Assembly: GCA_040285825.1 (NCBI GenBank)
Contig: JAUPSS010000005.1
Location: 1,488,001 to 1,552,000, forward strand
Source of the DNA: Eukaryota sp. TZLM1-RC
Lineage: Eukaryota; Protista; Metamonada: BaSk clade
DNA length: 64,000 nucleotides
Direction: 5' to 3'
Below, piece by piece: positions 35,408 to 46,467 of the stretch. Position 1 is the stretch's first letter. Every line of letters begins with the position of its first letter. Under the pieces are notes generated by a model. It saw only the letters and a list, made by a program, of their open reading frames with translations, was not told the DNA's origin and did no database searches. A program made the position numbers and the translations under genes.

Positions 35408-36671
35408 CTAATTAACAACAACACTGGCACTTTGAGTTACAAAACGAACCCACTTTTGAATAGCAGTTCCATCAGCTGATTTAATAGACTTTAAACCAAT
35501 TCCACTAGCAGAAAAAGCAGGAATTTCATAATCAACACTCAAAGGACCTATTTGTTTCTTGGTATTTGGAGTAATACTTTTTTGGAATAATAAAGAAATT
35601 TTAACAGACTTTTCAAAAGTTCCAGTAATTTTCTCCAATGTCCACAAAACTTTACTTTCCTTCCTTACAAATTCCCCTAAATGCCCCATTGGTGAGGAAA
35701 AATTAAATGAAACAGATTCAGTTTGCTTTGGAACTGGCAGCGATAACACAACATTTTTAGCAGTATTTACCTCAGGAAAATCAGCACGAATACGCAAAGT
35801 AACGTCAATAGCATGAGAATCTTGCTCATCAATAAAACTAAATATTCTAAATGGCGACCTAAAACCAGAATCACGGAGATAATACCTAAATAATGAAACC
35901 TCCCCTTCAGGGGAATTGAACTTTATCATTGAATTAGATTTAAAATCAGAACTATTCACAAAAGAAGGAAACCAAATATTTTCTAATCTTCTTGGTACAT
36001 TTGAAAGTAAAAGAGAAAGCCTGGGAGAGCCTTGAATAAAAGAACGAACCTTTACAATTCCAGATAGTTCGCCAAAATGCAAAGAACCATTAGAACCAAA
36101 TGACATTGAGATTCGTTCCAAAATGTCAATAAACACGTCATTTCGTTTTTTTGAGCTGATAACTGATTGATTAGCTGCTGATGACGATACAGTTTTGTGA
36201 TTGAGAAGTGACGTGTCAACTTGCTGAACTACCGGGGTATTAAAGATATGCGGCTTTAACATGTCAGTAGAACAGTCTTGGAGAACACCTGTGTCTACAA
36301 TCTCATCCAAAATCTCATGTACAAGGGCAAAGTTGGTACGAACAGCTCGTTCAGAAAGATCCCCAATGTAATCTTTGATAATGGTGGCAGTGCGATAGAG
36401 AAGTTCAAGTAAGAGTGCAGGTGCGGATGAAGTTTTGGAAGCTATGGTAAATATGAGGTCATTGCGTTGAATGTGGGCAAAGTGGATGTCAGATAGACAA
36501 AAGATAGAAGGAACACTGGGGTTGTTGTTGAAATGACGGAAAAAGACGTTATGTATTGTGCTGGGCACATCTCCAGTGTCTATAATGAGGAGAAACAAGT
36601 CAGAACACACAGTCTTTGAGTACTATACAGTCTCCTCTCAGTGAAAGAACAAAGACTTGGCTAACAAACAT
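35408..36671 (-). CDS. AP4M1: AP-4 complex mu subunit (intact copy), intron 36580-36610
   Basis: Spliced start MFVSQVFVLSLRGDCIVLKDY/TGDV; VRTNFALVHEILDEIVDTG; RNDVFIDILERISMSFGSNG; C-terminal KWVRFVTQS. Confidence 0.85.
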
Positions 36672-37029
36672 TGGAGAGGGTATATGGTAGATGATTCGTG
36701 GTTTTGGGGATCTCCTTGACCAAGAATTTTAGTTTAATGAAAATCGTTTGAAATTTCAAACGATTTTGTAAAATTTCCAATAGAATTCCCTCAAGAGTTA
36801 AATTTAAATAATAATGTATGTGATTTACAGTTGCGATTATTTACTGATTATAATCGTCCAATTTACTTAACACCAGAATTAAAGAACTTGATGTTTAATA
36901 TGATGAAATTGGTTATGATCCACAATTATTGTCACTTTTTTCAAAATGATTTTAACCTCAAATGTTGAAATCAATTTGGGAAAAGTGACAATTTGTTCTC
37001 TTGGTTTGAAGATGATTTACATCCAAGAA

Positions 37030-37300
37030 ATTCGATAAATAAAAGATTATCAGATGAAGCAGAAACTTTTTTGAATGACTTCCAAACAATGGTGCAAGAA
37101 AAACAATGAAAAGATTTGATGTTTTTTTATGGCGTTCACGGCTTCAATTTGCCATTATTAATAGATCACCTCGGTTTTTCAATCGTGTAAGAGAAGCTTT
37201 AGCTAGACAGCAAGCAGATCAAGATTTTGTAGACGAAATCTTGGTTCAATGATAGTCGTCCCATTAGTTATGAGTTTATTGTGTTCAGTGTTCAATAATG
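37030..37300 (+). mobile_element. 3' fragment of RLE retrotransposon in the spacer of the AP4M1 inverted duplication
   Basis: Near-identical to 53265-53510 (...RQQADQDFVDEILVQ*). Confidence 0.85.
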
Positions 37301-37389
37301 AAACATGTCCAAGAAACATTTCATTAAACTATAATTCTTGGTCAAGGAGATCCCCAAAACCACGAATCATCTACCATATACCCTCTCCA

Positions 37390-38654
37390 ATGTTTGTTAG
37401 CCAAGTCTTTGTTCTTTCACTGAGAGGAGACTGTATAGTACTCAAAGACTGTGTGTTCTGACTTGTTTCTCCTCATTATAGACACTGGAGATGTGCCCAG
37501 CACAATACATAACGTCTTTTTCCGTCATTACAACAACAACCCCAGCGTTCCTTCTATCTTTTGTCTATCTGACATCCACTTTGCCCACATTCAACGCAAT
37601 GACCTCATATTTACCATAGCTTCCAAAACTTCATCCGCACCTGCACTCTTACTTGAACTTCTCTATCGCACTGCCACCATTATCAAAGATTACATTGGGG
37701 ATCTTTCTGAACGAGCTGTTCGTACCAACTTTGCCCTTGTACATGAGATTTTGGATGAGATTGTAGACACAGGTGTTCTCCAAGACTGTTCTACTGACAT
37801 GTTAAAGCCGCATATCTTTAATACCCCGGTAGTTCAGCAAGTTGACACGTCACTTCTCAATCACAAAACTGTATCGTCATCAGCAGCTAATCAATCAGTT
37901 ATCAGCTCAAAAAAACGAAATGACGTGTTTATTGACATTTTGGAACGAATCTCAATGTCATTTGGTTCTAATGGTTCTTTGCATTTTGGCGAACTATCTG
38001 GAATTGTAAAGGTTCGTTCTTTTATTCAAGGCTCTCCCAGGCTTTCTCTTTTACTTTCAAATGTACCAAGAAGATTAGAAAATATTTGGTTTCCTTCTTT
38101 TGTGAATAGTTCTGATTTTAAATCTAATTCAATGATAAAGTTCAATTCCCCTGAAGGCGAGGTTTCATTATTTAGGTATTATCTCCGTGATTCTGGTTTT
38201 AGGTCGCCATTTAGAATATTTAGTTTTATTGATGAGCAAGATTCTCATGCTATTGACGTTACTTTGCGTATTCGTGCTGATTTTCCTGAGGTAAATACTG
38301 CTAAAAATGTTGTGTTATCGCTGCCAGTTCCAAAGCAAACTGAATCTGTTTCATTTAATTTTTCCTCACCAATGGGGCATTTAGGGGAATTTGTAAGGAA
38401 GGAAAGTAAAGTTTTGTGGACATTGGAGAAAATTACTGGAACTTTTGAAAAGTCTGTTAAAATTTCTTTATTATTCCAAAAAAGTATTACTCCAAATACC
38501 AAGAAACAAATAGGTCCTTTGAGTGTTGATTATGAAATTCTGCTTTTTTTCTGCTAGTGGAATTGGTTTAAAGTCTATTAAATCAGCTGATGGAACTGCT
38601 ATTCAAAAGTGGGTTCGTTTTGTAACTCAAAGTGCCAGTGTTGTTGTTAATTAG
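37390..38654 (+). pseudogene. AP4M1: AP-4 mu second copy, intron 37451-37481, frameshifted near the C-terminus
   Basis: Near-identical inverted copy. GAAATTCCTGCTTTTTC becomes GAAATTCTGCTTTTTTTC (38534-38551), giving an early stop at 38557. May be an assembly error. Confidence 0.7.
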
Positions 38655-38739
38655 ATTGTATAAATTATTTGGTTTTTGTTTCATAAATTATTTTTTCAAA
38701 TATCTTTTTTTCCAGAAATTCTATTTGTTCAACAACGAA

Positions 38740-39560
38740 TATGAAAACATAAAATACAATATTAAAACTCCAAATCCTCAAAACCTGCCTCCCCCACATC
38801 AAAACAATTAATTACCAAAGATTCAGAAAATTTCCCATAAGAAGACAGTGAATCAGAAATCAGTTTTACCATTCCCTTAAAAATAGAAAATACAATCCTA
38901 AGTTCCAAGCAAAGAAAAAACAAATGGACATAAATTATATTGGGCATGAGAATTTTCATTAACCGAGGAAATGGGTTTCGCATATTTAGCAATTTTATAT
39001 TTTTCGCCTGCAAGAAGAGGATTATTTACATCCGAGTTAATGAAATGTTCGTCAGAGGAATTACAAGGGTCAATAGACATGGCGTCCAAAATAGTAAAAC
39101 TACCATTTAAACCAGGAACAACTAGATCACCTCTAGTCAGACCCATAGAAGCTCTGTTGTAACGCGTACTATCAATATTGGGATCATCAAGAATTAATTT
39201 TGATAACAGTGGTTTCAAAAAGGAATCTACTCGATATGATTTGTACATTACATAAATTTGGTCCCTGAAGTTATTATACACTTAGCTTCTAAATGTACTG
39301 AAATGTTTAAGTCAAGGGATGAGTAAACAAAAGAGGCTTACCACATTTACAAGTTAAATGATTGGGCAAATTGTTTGGCCACAGAAAACAACGAAAACGC
39401 ATGTTTAAAAGCCATTCATTGTTTTTTTAACAAAAGTCCATAAACAGAGGGAATTTGAGTTACTAAAGCAGCAGCAGAACTATCACGAATATCCTTTAAA
39501 AAATTACCGAAAGCGGGTTTTTTAGTTTTGGCCAAGCCAAGTCTTACTTCATAAACCTAG
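38740..39560 (-). mobile_element. 5'-truncated RLE non-LTR retrotransposon
   Basis: NNFRDQIY, TRGDLVVPG, ILDAMSID, GEKYKIAKY, LCPFVFSLLG, ...FEDLEF*. Confidence 0.85.
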
Positions 39561-39693
39561 CCTAAAAATATCTAATAAACCTTTTTTCAAATTTATTTTT
39601 TTATTAAATCTTTATTTTATTTATTTTTGGAAAACGATTCTTAAGTTTTGTGAATCACAAATTTCAATGTCAAATTTCATTAACCATTTATTG

Positions 39694-40824
39694 TAGAGCT
39701 GGTAATGGATGGATGGGTCAGACCCGAAATTTAGTGACACATCCTTATCCATCTGGAATACAGCAGCAAATATCCATATCGATCCAGTATTTATCCATTT
39801 CATCCATCACCAAGGTCTCAATAAAAACCATATTTAAGATAGAAAACAAACTACTAACTACATCCATAAATTGAAACAAAGCAAAGCTTCGACAACTTCT
39901 GGAGATAAGGAAGTTCTTTTATCCGCAACAGTGTTACCAGCGTTTGAAAAAAGACACTCACATGGAACAGAAGTGCCAGCCAATCTCTGGTCATTTTTGC
40001 AAGTGTGAGGTACTGCTTTTTGCCCAATACGTTCCACCATTCTAAGATGTTTGTCTCGAATCCAACTGTATCATCCTCTAGAAATCTCGTGAGTTTGTCT
40101 CTTGTAATACCCCTTGGTTTCTCTTCTTCCCTGCTAGTCTGCTCAGTAGTCCATCTTTCACATCTGATTGTGAGAACTGTTGATGGGTCTGTGCTTGAAA
40201 AAGAGAAGTTGCTGGTCAATAATTGGTCGCCATAGATTTTGATGTTGAAGAAAAAACGGAAGCAGTTCATATATGATTTTGGGGCCAACAATACCAGGAG
40301 TAGCAGAAGTTACGTCATTTAACTTCTCTTCATAATGCAAATAGTTATTACTGTACATGGCTTCTGTAATCAGAGTTAACGGATGGTTGACAGCATTTCC
40401 GAAATCGTCAGGAAAAGAAGATAACAAATGCTCTTCTACATAAGATTCAATTAATGAAGCCGCAATCCCATTGGTTCTTCACTGAAGGTATCGTTTTGAA
40501 CTGAGAGGAGCGACTGAGGTGCAGATGAAATCATGCGAAAGTTTGACTAAGAGAGACTTGACTTGTTGAGACCATGTTGGAAGATATATTGTTTGTTTTA
40601 TATATTTTTACAGGTTCATCATTAATGAAAGCTACCAGTAAATTTATAGTCATGGTAGATCATTGGGGAAGCTCAGGAACTTGAGCATTGTAAAATTTCA
40701 GGTTATCCATGGATGATGAGGTTTCATCCGTTATGCATCCAAAAGACAAAAAACTCATCATGTCCGAGTGGATATGATTGGATGAATGCATAATCCGAAA
40801 ATTGGATATCCATTGCGAGCTCTA
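39694..40824 (-). mobile_element. Non-autonomous hAT DNA transposon
   Basis: TIRs TAGAGCTGGTAATGGAT / TAGAGCTCGCAATGGAT; imperfect 8-bp TSD ATTTATTG / TTTAATTG; hATC dimerisation motif ILEWW...LAKMTRDWLA..TSVPCECLFSNAG...KRTSLSPEVVEALL. Confidence 0.88.
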
Positions 40825-41162
40825 TTTAATTGCATCAATTTTTTAACTGGAACATTTATTGAGATAAAAAACCCATCTAGAATTCAATATCCTCCAAACA
40901 AGCGTCACTATTACTAAACCTACTCACAGCATTAATCAATAGTTTGCATCAATAGTAAACATTGTTTCTTCCAAGTTTCAATTACAGAATTTTCTTCTGA
41001 AAATAGTCTAAAAAGCTTAATGTCTGTCTGATTGTACCATTACCCCCTTCAATTGATAAAGCAAATCCATTTAATAAATTACTTTATTTCAAGAACGAAA
41101 AAAGTAAAAAAATTGATTACATCTTATAAATCCTCTTGTAGATCCTATTGACTAGATTCAAA

Positions 41163-42449
41163 CTACAACTCATCGCGCTCTCCACTAACAAATGGTTCTA
41201 TCACTTTTATCCTGGTTGAAATTTTTTCCAAAACCTCTTCTTCACACCCACAAGGAGACCCCACCTCCATTGAATAAACGCATCGAGAATCTTCTCTTAT
41301 TCCATGAATAGAAGTGTTCTCGGCACATTTTAAGTCAACAGTTAGTGACCTATGTGGACCTCCCCAGCAGTAATCGCCATTTGTAAACGTCATCTGATTG
41401 GATAATTGATTGAAAGAGAATCTATCAAATTTACCCAACAAAACAGATTTTCCATTTTCAATCTGATGGGCACTTTTAAATAGAGAAAATTTATACTCAT
41501 ATGGAGAATCTTTGAACAATAATTCATTAAACTTCCCTTCTTTATCAAAAGTGGCTGATAACCAACACGTTTTCCCGTTCAAAACCTCAGAAACCTTAAT
41601 TAATTCATCCAAAATGGCCTCATGAGTTTCAATATTTTCTTTGATAAAAGTAAATTTTTTCTGCAGTAAAGACACTTCTTCTGAATGAGGTGAAGGTTTA
41701 ATAATCTTGACTTTTTTCAATAAATCAACAATTTTTGATTTAATAAGATCTGTGGATTGGGAAATTTTGTTGGTAATTGTGGATAATAGATCATTTTCTT
41801 TAAGTTGTTTTAATTCAAGTAATTGTTTTTCAAATAACTCCAATTGGCTGGAAATAAAATCAAATGAATCAACAAAAACAAGAGAATCCAAAGGTTCCTC
41901 CTCGATCAAATCCTCATCAATCAAAATCTGATTGCTGACGTCATCAACTTTCTGTTTAATTTCTTCCAAAAAAGCCTTTTGTTTTTGCAACACGAGCTTG
42001 TGCTCTTTCGCATCACCAACCATTTTCTTTCCCTCTTCCTCCATAATCTTCTTCACCCCAAGCGCCGTCTCTAAAAAGTACACCTCATCCTTCAAAGAGG
42101 CAAGTTCCTTCTTGGCTACATCTGTACATGTTTTATTGCACAATGGATCTTCATATTCGTCACTACAATCACAGCAGTCCTTAACACCATCGTTTACTTT
42201 GGAAAAAGATATGTACTTTGCTCCTAAGGGTTCCTGGGGACAACGGAATGATCGAGTGGGGGAATCAGAGATTCCGGCACATGCATTTGTGGTAGGTTCG
42301 TCCGATCCATCTGGACAGTCGCAGAAATTGTCATCGATGAATGAATAGGGGATGGTTAAAGAACCATCTGAACAGGTGAAGTGTGTTTTTAAAGCAAGGG
42401 CTAAGGAGAGAAGGAGAGAGAGGTAGAGGAATCTGTGTACAGAGGACAT
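41163..42449 (-). CDS. PRKCSH: Glucosidase II beta subunit
   Basis: Signal peptide, DDNFCDCPDGSDEP, VNDGVKDCCDCSDE, MRH domain (GDYCWGGPHRS...C), C-terminal RDEL. Confidence 0.93.
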   Translation of the reverse strand: MSSVHRFLYLSLLLSLALALKTHFTCSDGSLTIPYSFIDDNFCDCPDGSDEPTTNACAGISDSPTRSFRCPQEPLGAKYISFSKVNDGVKDCCDCSDEYEDPLCNKTCTDVAKKELASLKDEVYFLETALGVKKIMEEEGKKMVGDAKEHKLVLQKQKAFLEEIKQKVDDVSNQILIDEDLIEEEPLDSLVFVDSFDFISSQLELFEKQLLELKQLKENDLLSTITNKISQSTDLIKSKIVDLLKKVKIIKPSPHSEEVSLLQKKFTFIKENIETHEAILDELIKVSEVLNGKTCWLSATFDKEGKFNELLFKDSPYEYKFSLFKSAHQIENGKSVLLGKFDRFSFNQLSNQMTFTNGDYCWGGPHRSLTVDLKCAENTSIHGIREDSRCVYSMEVGSPCGCEEEVLEKISTRIKVIEPFVSGERDEL

Positions 42450-42482
42450 TGGCTAAGAACCTTTGATGAGTTGAATTAACTT

Positions 42483-42649
42483 CTGTGGTTTTCATTTGAA
42501 ATGCATACTTTCGTCAAGCATCATTCAAACTTATTCCAAGAACTTTCATTCTTGGTGAGATCATCCACAGACGTTCTAGAATCCTCGAATAATTGGCCAC
42601 CAATCTCAGTGAGCCCATTTCTCCTCTAAAACAATACGTAGCTTTGAAG
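42483..42649 (-). ncRNA. Candidate omegaRNA scaffold of Fanzor D
   Basis: Two GAAA-tetraloop hairpins (CCAAGAAT-GAAA-GTTCTTGG; TTTGAA..ATGC..AC-GAAA-GT..GCAT-TTCAAA). Internal CTGTGG is complementary to the terminal CCACAG. Confidence 0.7.
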
Positions 42650-44474
42650 CTAGTTTCTTTGTGGTCTCTGGAACGCTTCTGGTCTTGTTCCATAGTAGTG
42701 CTCACAAATTGCAATTTCTAGCTGATTTAGTGATGCAGAAATGTCTCTAGACCATACTTGATTACATTCCGGACAACTGAAATAGGCGTTGTGAACTTTA
42801 ACTTCACGATCAACTTCTCTATAGATCTTTTGGTGTAGCATCTTGCAGCAGTTCACCTTTGCAGATGTCATATATTCATCTCCGATCTTCACATTAGCAA
42901 ATGAACATTGTAACAACTTGAGAAACGCCTTACGTGGTGTTTTCACTTTTTGACATGATGGACCACCACCTCCGTTGCCAAACCACACCTTTGCTTCTCG
43001 ACCGTTTGCAAATTTTTCACTCTGTTGATAATTGAGCTGGATCTTTTCTGTTTTCTTATAAAGAAGTCAAATGTGTTTCTCCTCAATGCTTTTCGAGCTA
43101 TCAGATATAACTGCTGCTTAAGCAATGGTCGTCTTACGTTATTACCTTCATTGTCCTTATAGTCACCGATAGTTGATACTTCAAGCAGATAATTGTTCAA
43201 TTTCTGCACGTCATAAACATCTATTGATGGGTCAGTGAAGCGGTGTGGTTGATTTTTCGTTACTTTGGTGCCAAGAAGATATTGGAAACGGTCGGCCCTG
43301 AACGTGTTCCAATACTGGAACCACATAGATTTGAGTGGTTGGGGTCGATAGCCCAGAACACCATTTCCGTTTGGTCATCAGGTGCCTGCCACTCAGTAGC
43401 TTTTGGTTTCTGGCGAGGTCTCTGTTGTTCAACCTTGGCTTGCAAGGTATGTTTTCTATTCCAAGTGGTTTCGTAGTAGTCAAGTTCCCCTCTGGATCTC
43501 TTATTATTCAAGGCTTCTCCGGACAATCTCACTCGTGTTGCTTTGGGGTGCGGTTTGAAAGTTATACGGACACTATCACCATTAGAAGACATGGTGTAGT
43601 CATTAGCTTTTGTTTTAAAAAATAAATAAGGGTTTTGCAAAATTGTTTGTGATGTGTTTTTGGAGATAAAATGGTTGAGAACCCATGTGGAAAAGGGGAC
43701 AAAAGCAGGCTTCAAACTAGCGATGGGAGTGAGTCTATGTCGTCTAAAGGTATATGGAAAGGCTTGCTCCAGGTAGTTTTGGATTGTTAAGCTGCAACGA
43801 AAGATGTAGGTACTGTTCTCTTGATTAAGAGTCACTCTTCGAGAAGAAAGAAGAGTGTTGTACCTTTGAGGATCACCAACCAAAAAGTTAAACAGACTAA
43901 GAGCCATGGTATGGTGAGTGTTGAACCAAGGAAGAAGAGGTTCACGAAAGTTCGTGCTGTTGTGAAGAACAGAACCAGCATAAGTGAATGGTGCAGGGCA
44001 GTTATAACCTACCGCATACGAGCGGAAGAAGTTAAGCTTCCAAGACACAAGTCCATCAGCAAGAAGCTGCTGGTAGTTGCCTTGCAGCTGGCGGTACTTT
44101 GCATCCACTAGTTGTTGTAGAGGCCTACTAGTGGGTAGTGCATGATTACGACCTGTTCTTGACAAGAACAAGACAGCAAACGGCCATGATGTAGAGATTC
44201 GCTCGAGCTTCTCATACACATGGCCTTTGCCAGGTCTGTTAAATGGATGTCTGACTTTTGGCTTAGAGACCGCCACAAAGTCAAGACACTGGATCCAGAA
44301 TTGATGCTGAGTCAGGAAATGACTGTCTTCAGGGAAGCGCACAGCAAAAACTCTGGCCAACAAACTGCCGAGGTGAGCCATGGTGGTCACCTTGGTCAGC
44401 TGTCCATCAATGTAATCACACACTGGCCCCTCAAAGAACTGATGAAGGGAGCAGGCACGTGTCCATGTCTGCAT
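42650..44474 (-). CDS. Fanzor RNA-guided endonuclease D (~608 aa after two 1-nt homopolymer corrections)
   Basis: RuvC-I WAIDPNHSN, VWFGNG, RuvC-II GDEYMTSAK, zinc finger NCC...CPEC, RuvC-III WSRDISASLN, C-terminal GTRPEAF. Split over ORFs 43260-44474, 42943-43326 and 42650-42988. Confidence 0.88.
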
Positions 44475-46467
44475 AGTCCTTACTGAAAACGGAAGGTGCA
44501 GACAATCAAAAATGATTGATTTCTCAGTTTCAGTTACTTTTAAATTTGGTGTATTTTCAACTCCTTACATCCACAAAACAATGAAACATGCACAAACTGA
44601 TAAATAGACACATTTATAATAGATACTGGACATGCTTTAAGCATTTTCTTTCCTAAAAATAGTAAACTGATGCGAAATTTGACGAAATTGTTGTTAGTCA
44701 AAGCAGTTGTTCGTTTAATCAAGGGTGTTTGTAGATTCGAAAAATTCGTAAAGCCTCACAATTTAATTATCTTATTCAGTACAAACACGTTACCAAGGGA
44801 AGTCACAACACCCGTTTCTTTCTTCCCATTTCTTTCCTTCTTTGACGAAGAACCTTTTGCTCCTCGTTCAACTATATCTGAATTCGCCATGGATCTTTGT
44901 GGAACTGTTGGCTTTTCTATTATAGCGATTATAGGTTTCGTTTAGTGCGCTCACACATTGACTATAAAACATATAAAATAGACTAACAAAAGACAGTCTG
45001 TAGAGGCACTGCTGGCTATTCTTGAGTCTAAACTCGAGTCTATTGCAGATCGTCCATCCCAAGCTGTGCCAACAACTTCTGCTGTGTCACCCCTTTCAGC
45101 TGCACTTCTTGTTTTGAAACTAGACATCTGAGTACTTATTATTACCTTGTCTCTCTACTTCGCCCTCTTCACCCTCTTTCTACTCATCTTTCTTCCATAG
45201 AAGATGTTCCTCCTGTCTTCACTTGTATTACCATCAGTTATCAATATACACCCTTACACCTCTGGTATCGTTTGTTCACTCTCTACGAATCAACTCACTC
45301 CAATCTTATTCTACTCCAGTCTAACCTACTGCTAATATACATGAACTTCTAAAGTCTAATGAGCAGAAGATTTTTGAACTTAATGAACTCCAATTGAAAC
45401 TGCATTGAAGACACTTGTAATGTTAGTCAACATGGCTTCCTTGCAGAGATTGATTTTGACCAATTTCATATTAATGTAGTGTGATACGATGATAAGTCTG
45501 AAGACATCCACGCTGCTATGAGTGACACATATCCCCTTGAATTCAGGTTCGAAATCTTGAGAAAGCAGATTTTCTGGTTAATAACCTATTTCTGAACCTT
45601 CACTGTTTTGAATGTGCGTGGTTGATAATAATTTGATTCAATACTAGTGAATAATATTTATATAATAATATATATAATAATATATAATATTAGTGACGGT
45701 AGTATTATAATTGATTTAAATTGTAACTAAAAGTGCTAATACTCACCACATAACTAATAGTTCCAAAATAAAATATTATCGATTCATGTTTTATTATAGT
45801 GTTCGTTCAACTGTTGGTAAAAAGGAACCTTGTTGATAAAAACTAAAAAAGAATTAACTTGAAATTTGTCAAAATGTGAATTGCATTTTATTGGCTGATT
45901 CACAAGAGTGCCTTTTTTTTCTTTTTTTTGCGTCTTGGGTTTGTCAAACAGGGTTAACTTGTTGTTAGTCAAATGAAATTGTTTAGCTAGACACATAATG
46001 CAAATGAAGTGCACAACTCCCTGGAGATTTTGGACAAGTATAAAGCAGTATACATAGACCAACAGTGATTGTGTTAAACTATTATTTCTTCAACTTTTGG
46101 GTTATAAGAAATGAAGATATCATTTTTGTTTTGTAGGAGGAAATTGTTGCCTCAGATACACACCTTGGAATTTCAACTTTCTCCTGTTGAAATTCCAAAA
46201 TTGCAATGACTCTATGGCAAAAATAACCCCAATCAATTCAAGTCTGAAATTCTGTGTTGAAGTGGAATTACAGCACCGACCACTGGAATTTCTTAATCTT
46301 TTTTATTGAACTACAAAACTTAATAAAATTAAATCAGCACTAAAGGATCTAAATTCAATGAACCAAGATTTCCTCCACAAAACCTGACCTGATCAAACTT
46401 GACTCTTCATCATCCACCACCCATCTCAACACTAAACTCTTACTTGACATTTCTTTATTGTTAGCAC

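Larger units (their letters stand above)
42483..45850 (-). mobile_element. Fanzor element D (TIR-less, candidate 10-bp TSD GAATTAACTT)
   Basis: Direct repeat at 42473-42482 and 45851-45860; 3' terminus CACAG. The 5' boundary rests on this repeat alone. Confidence 0.55.

Noticed and set aside
42943-43483. Short introns as the explanation for the Fanzor D frame breaks
   Set aside because: Single-base changes in homopolymers restore the frame and the D/E colinearity, and I saw no convincing ~31-nt GT-AG intron at the breaks.
45650-45692. AT-rich near-palindromic stretch
   Set aside because: Low-complexity (TA/TAA) sequence.
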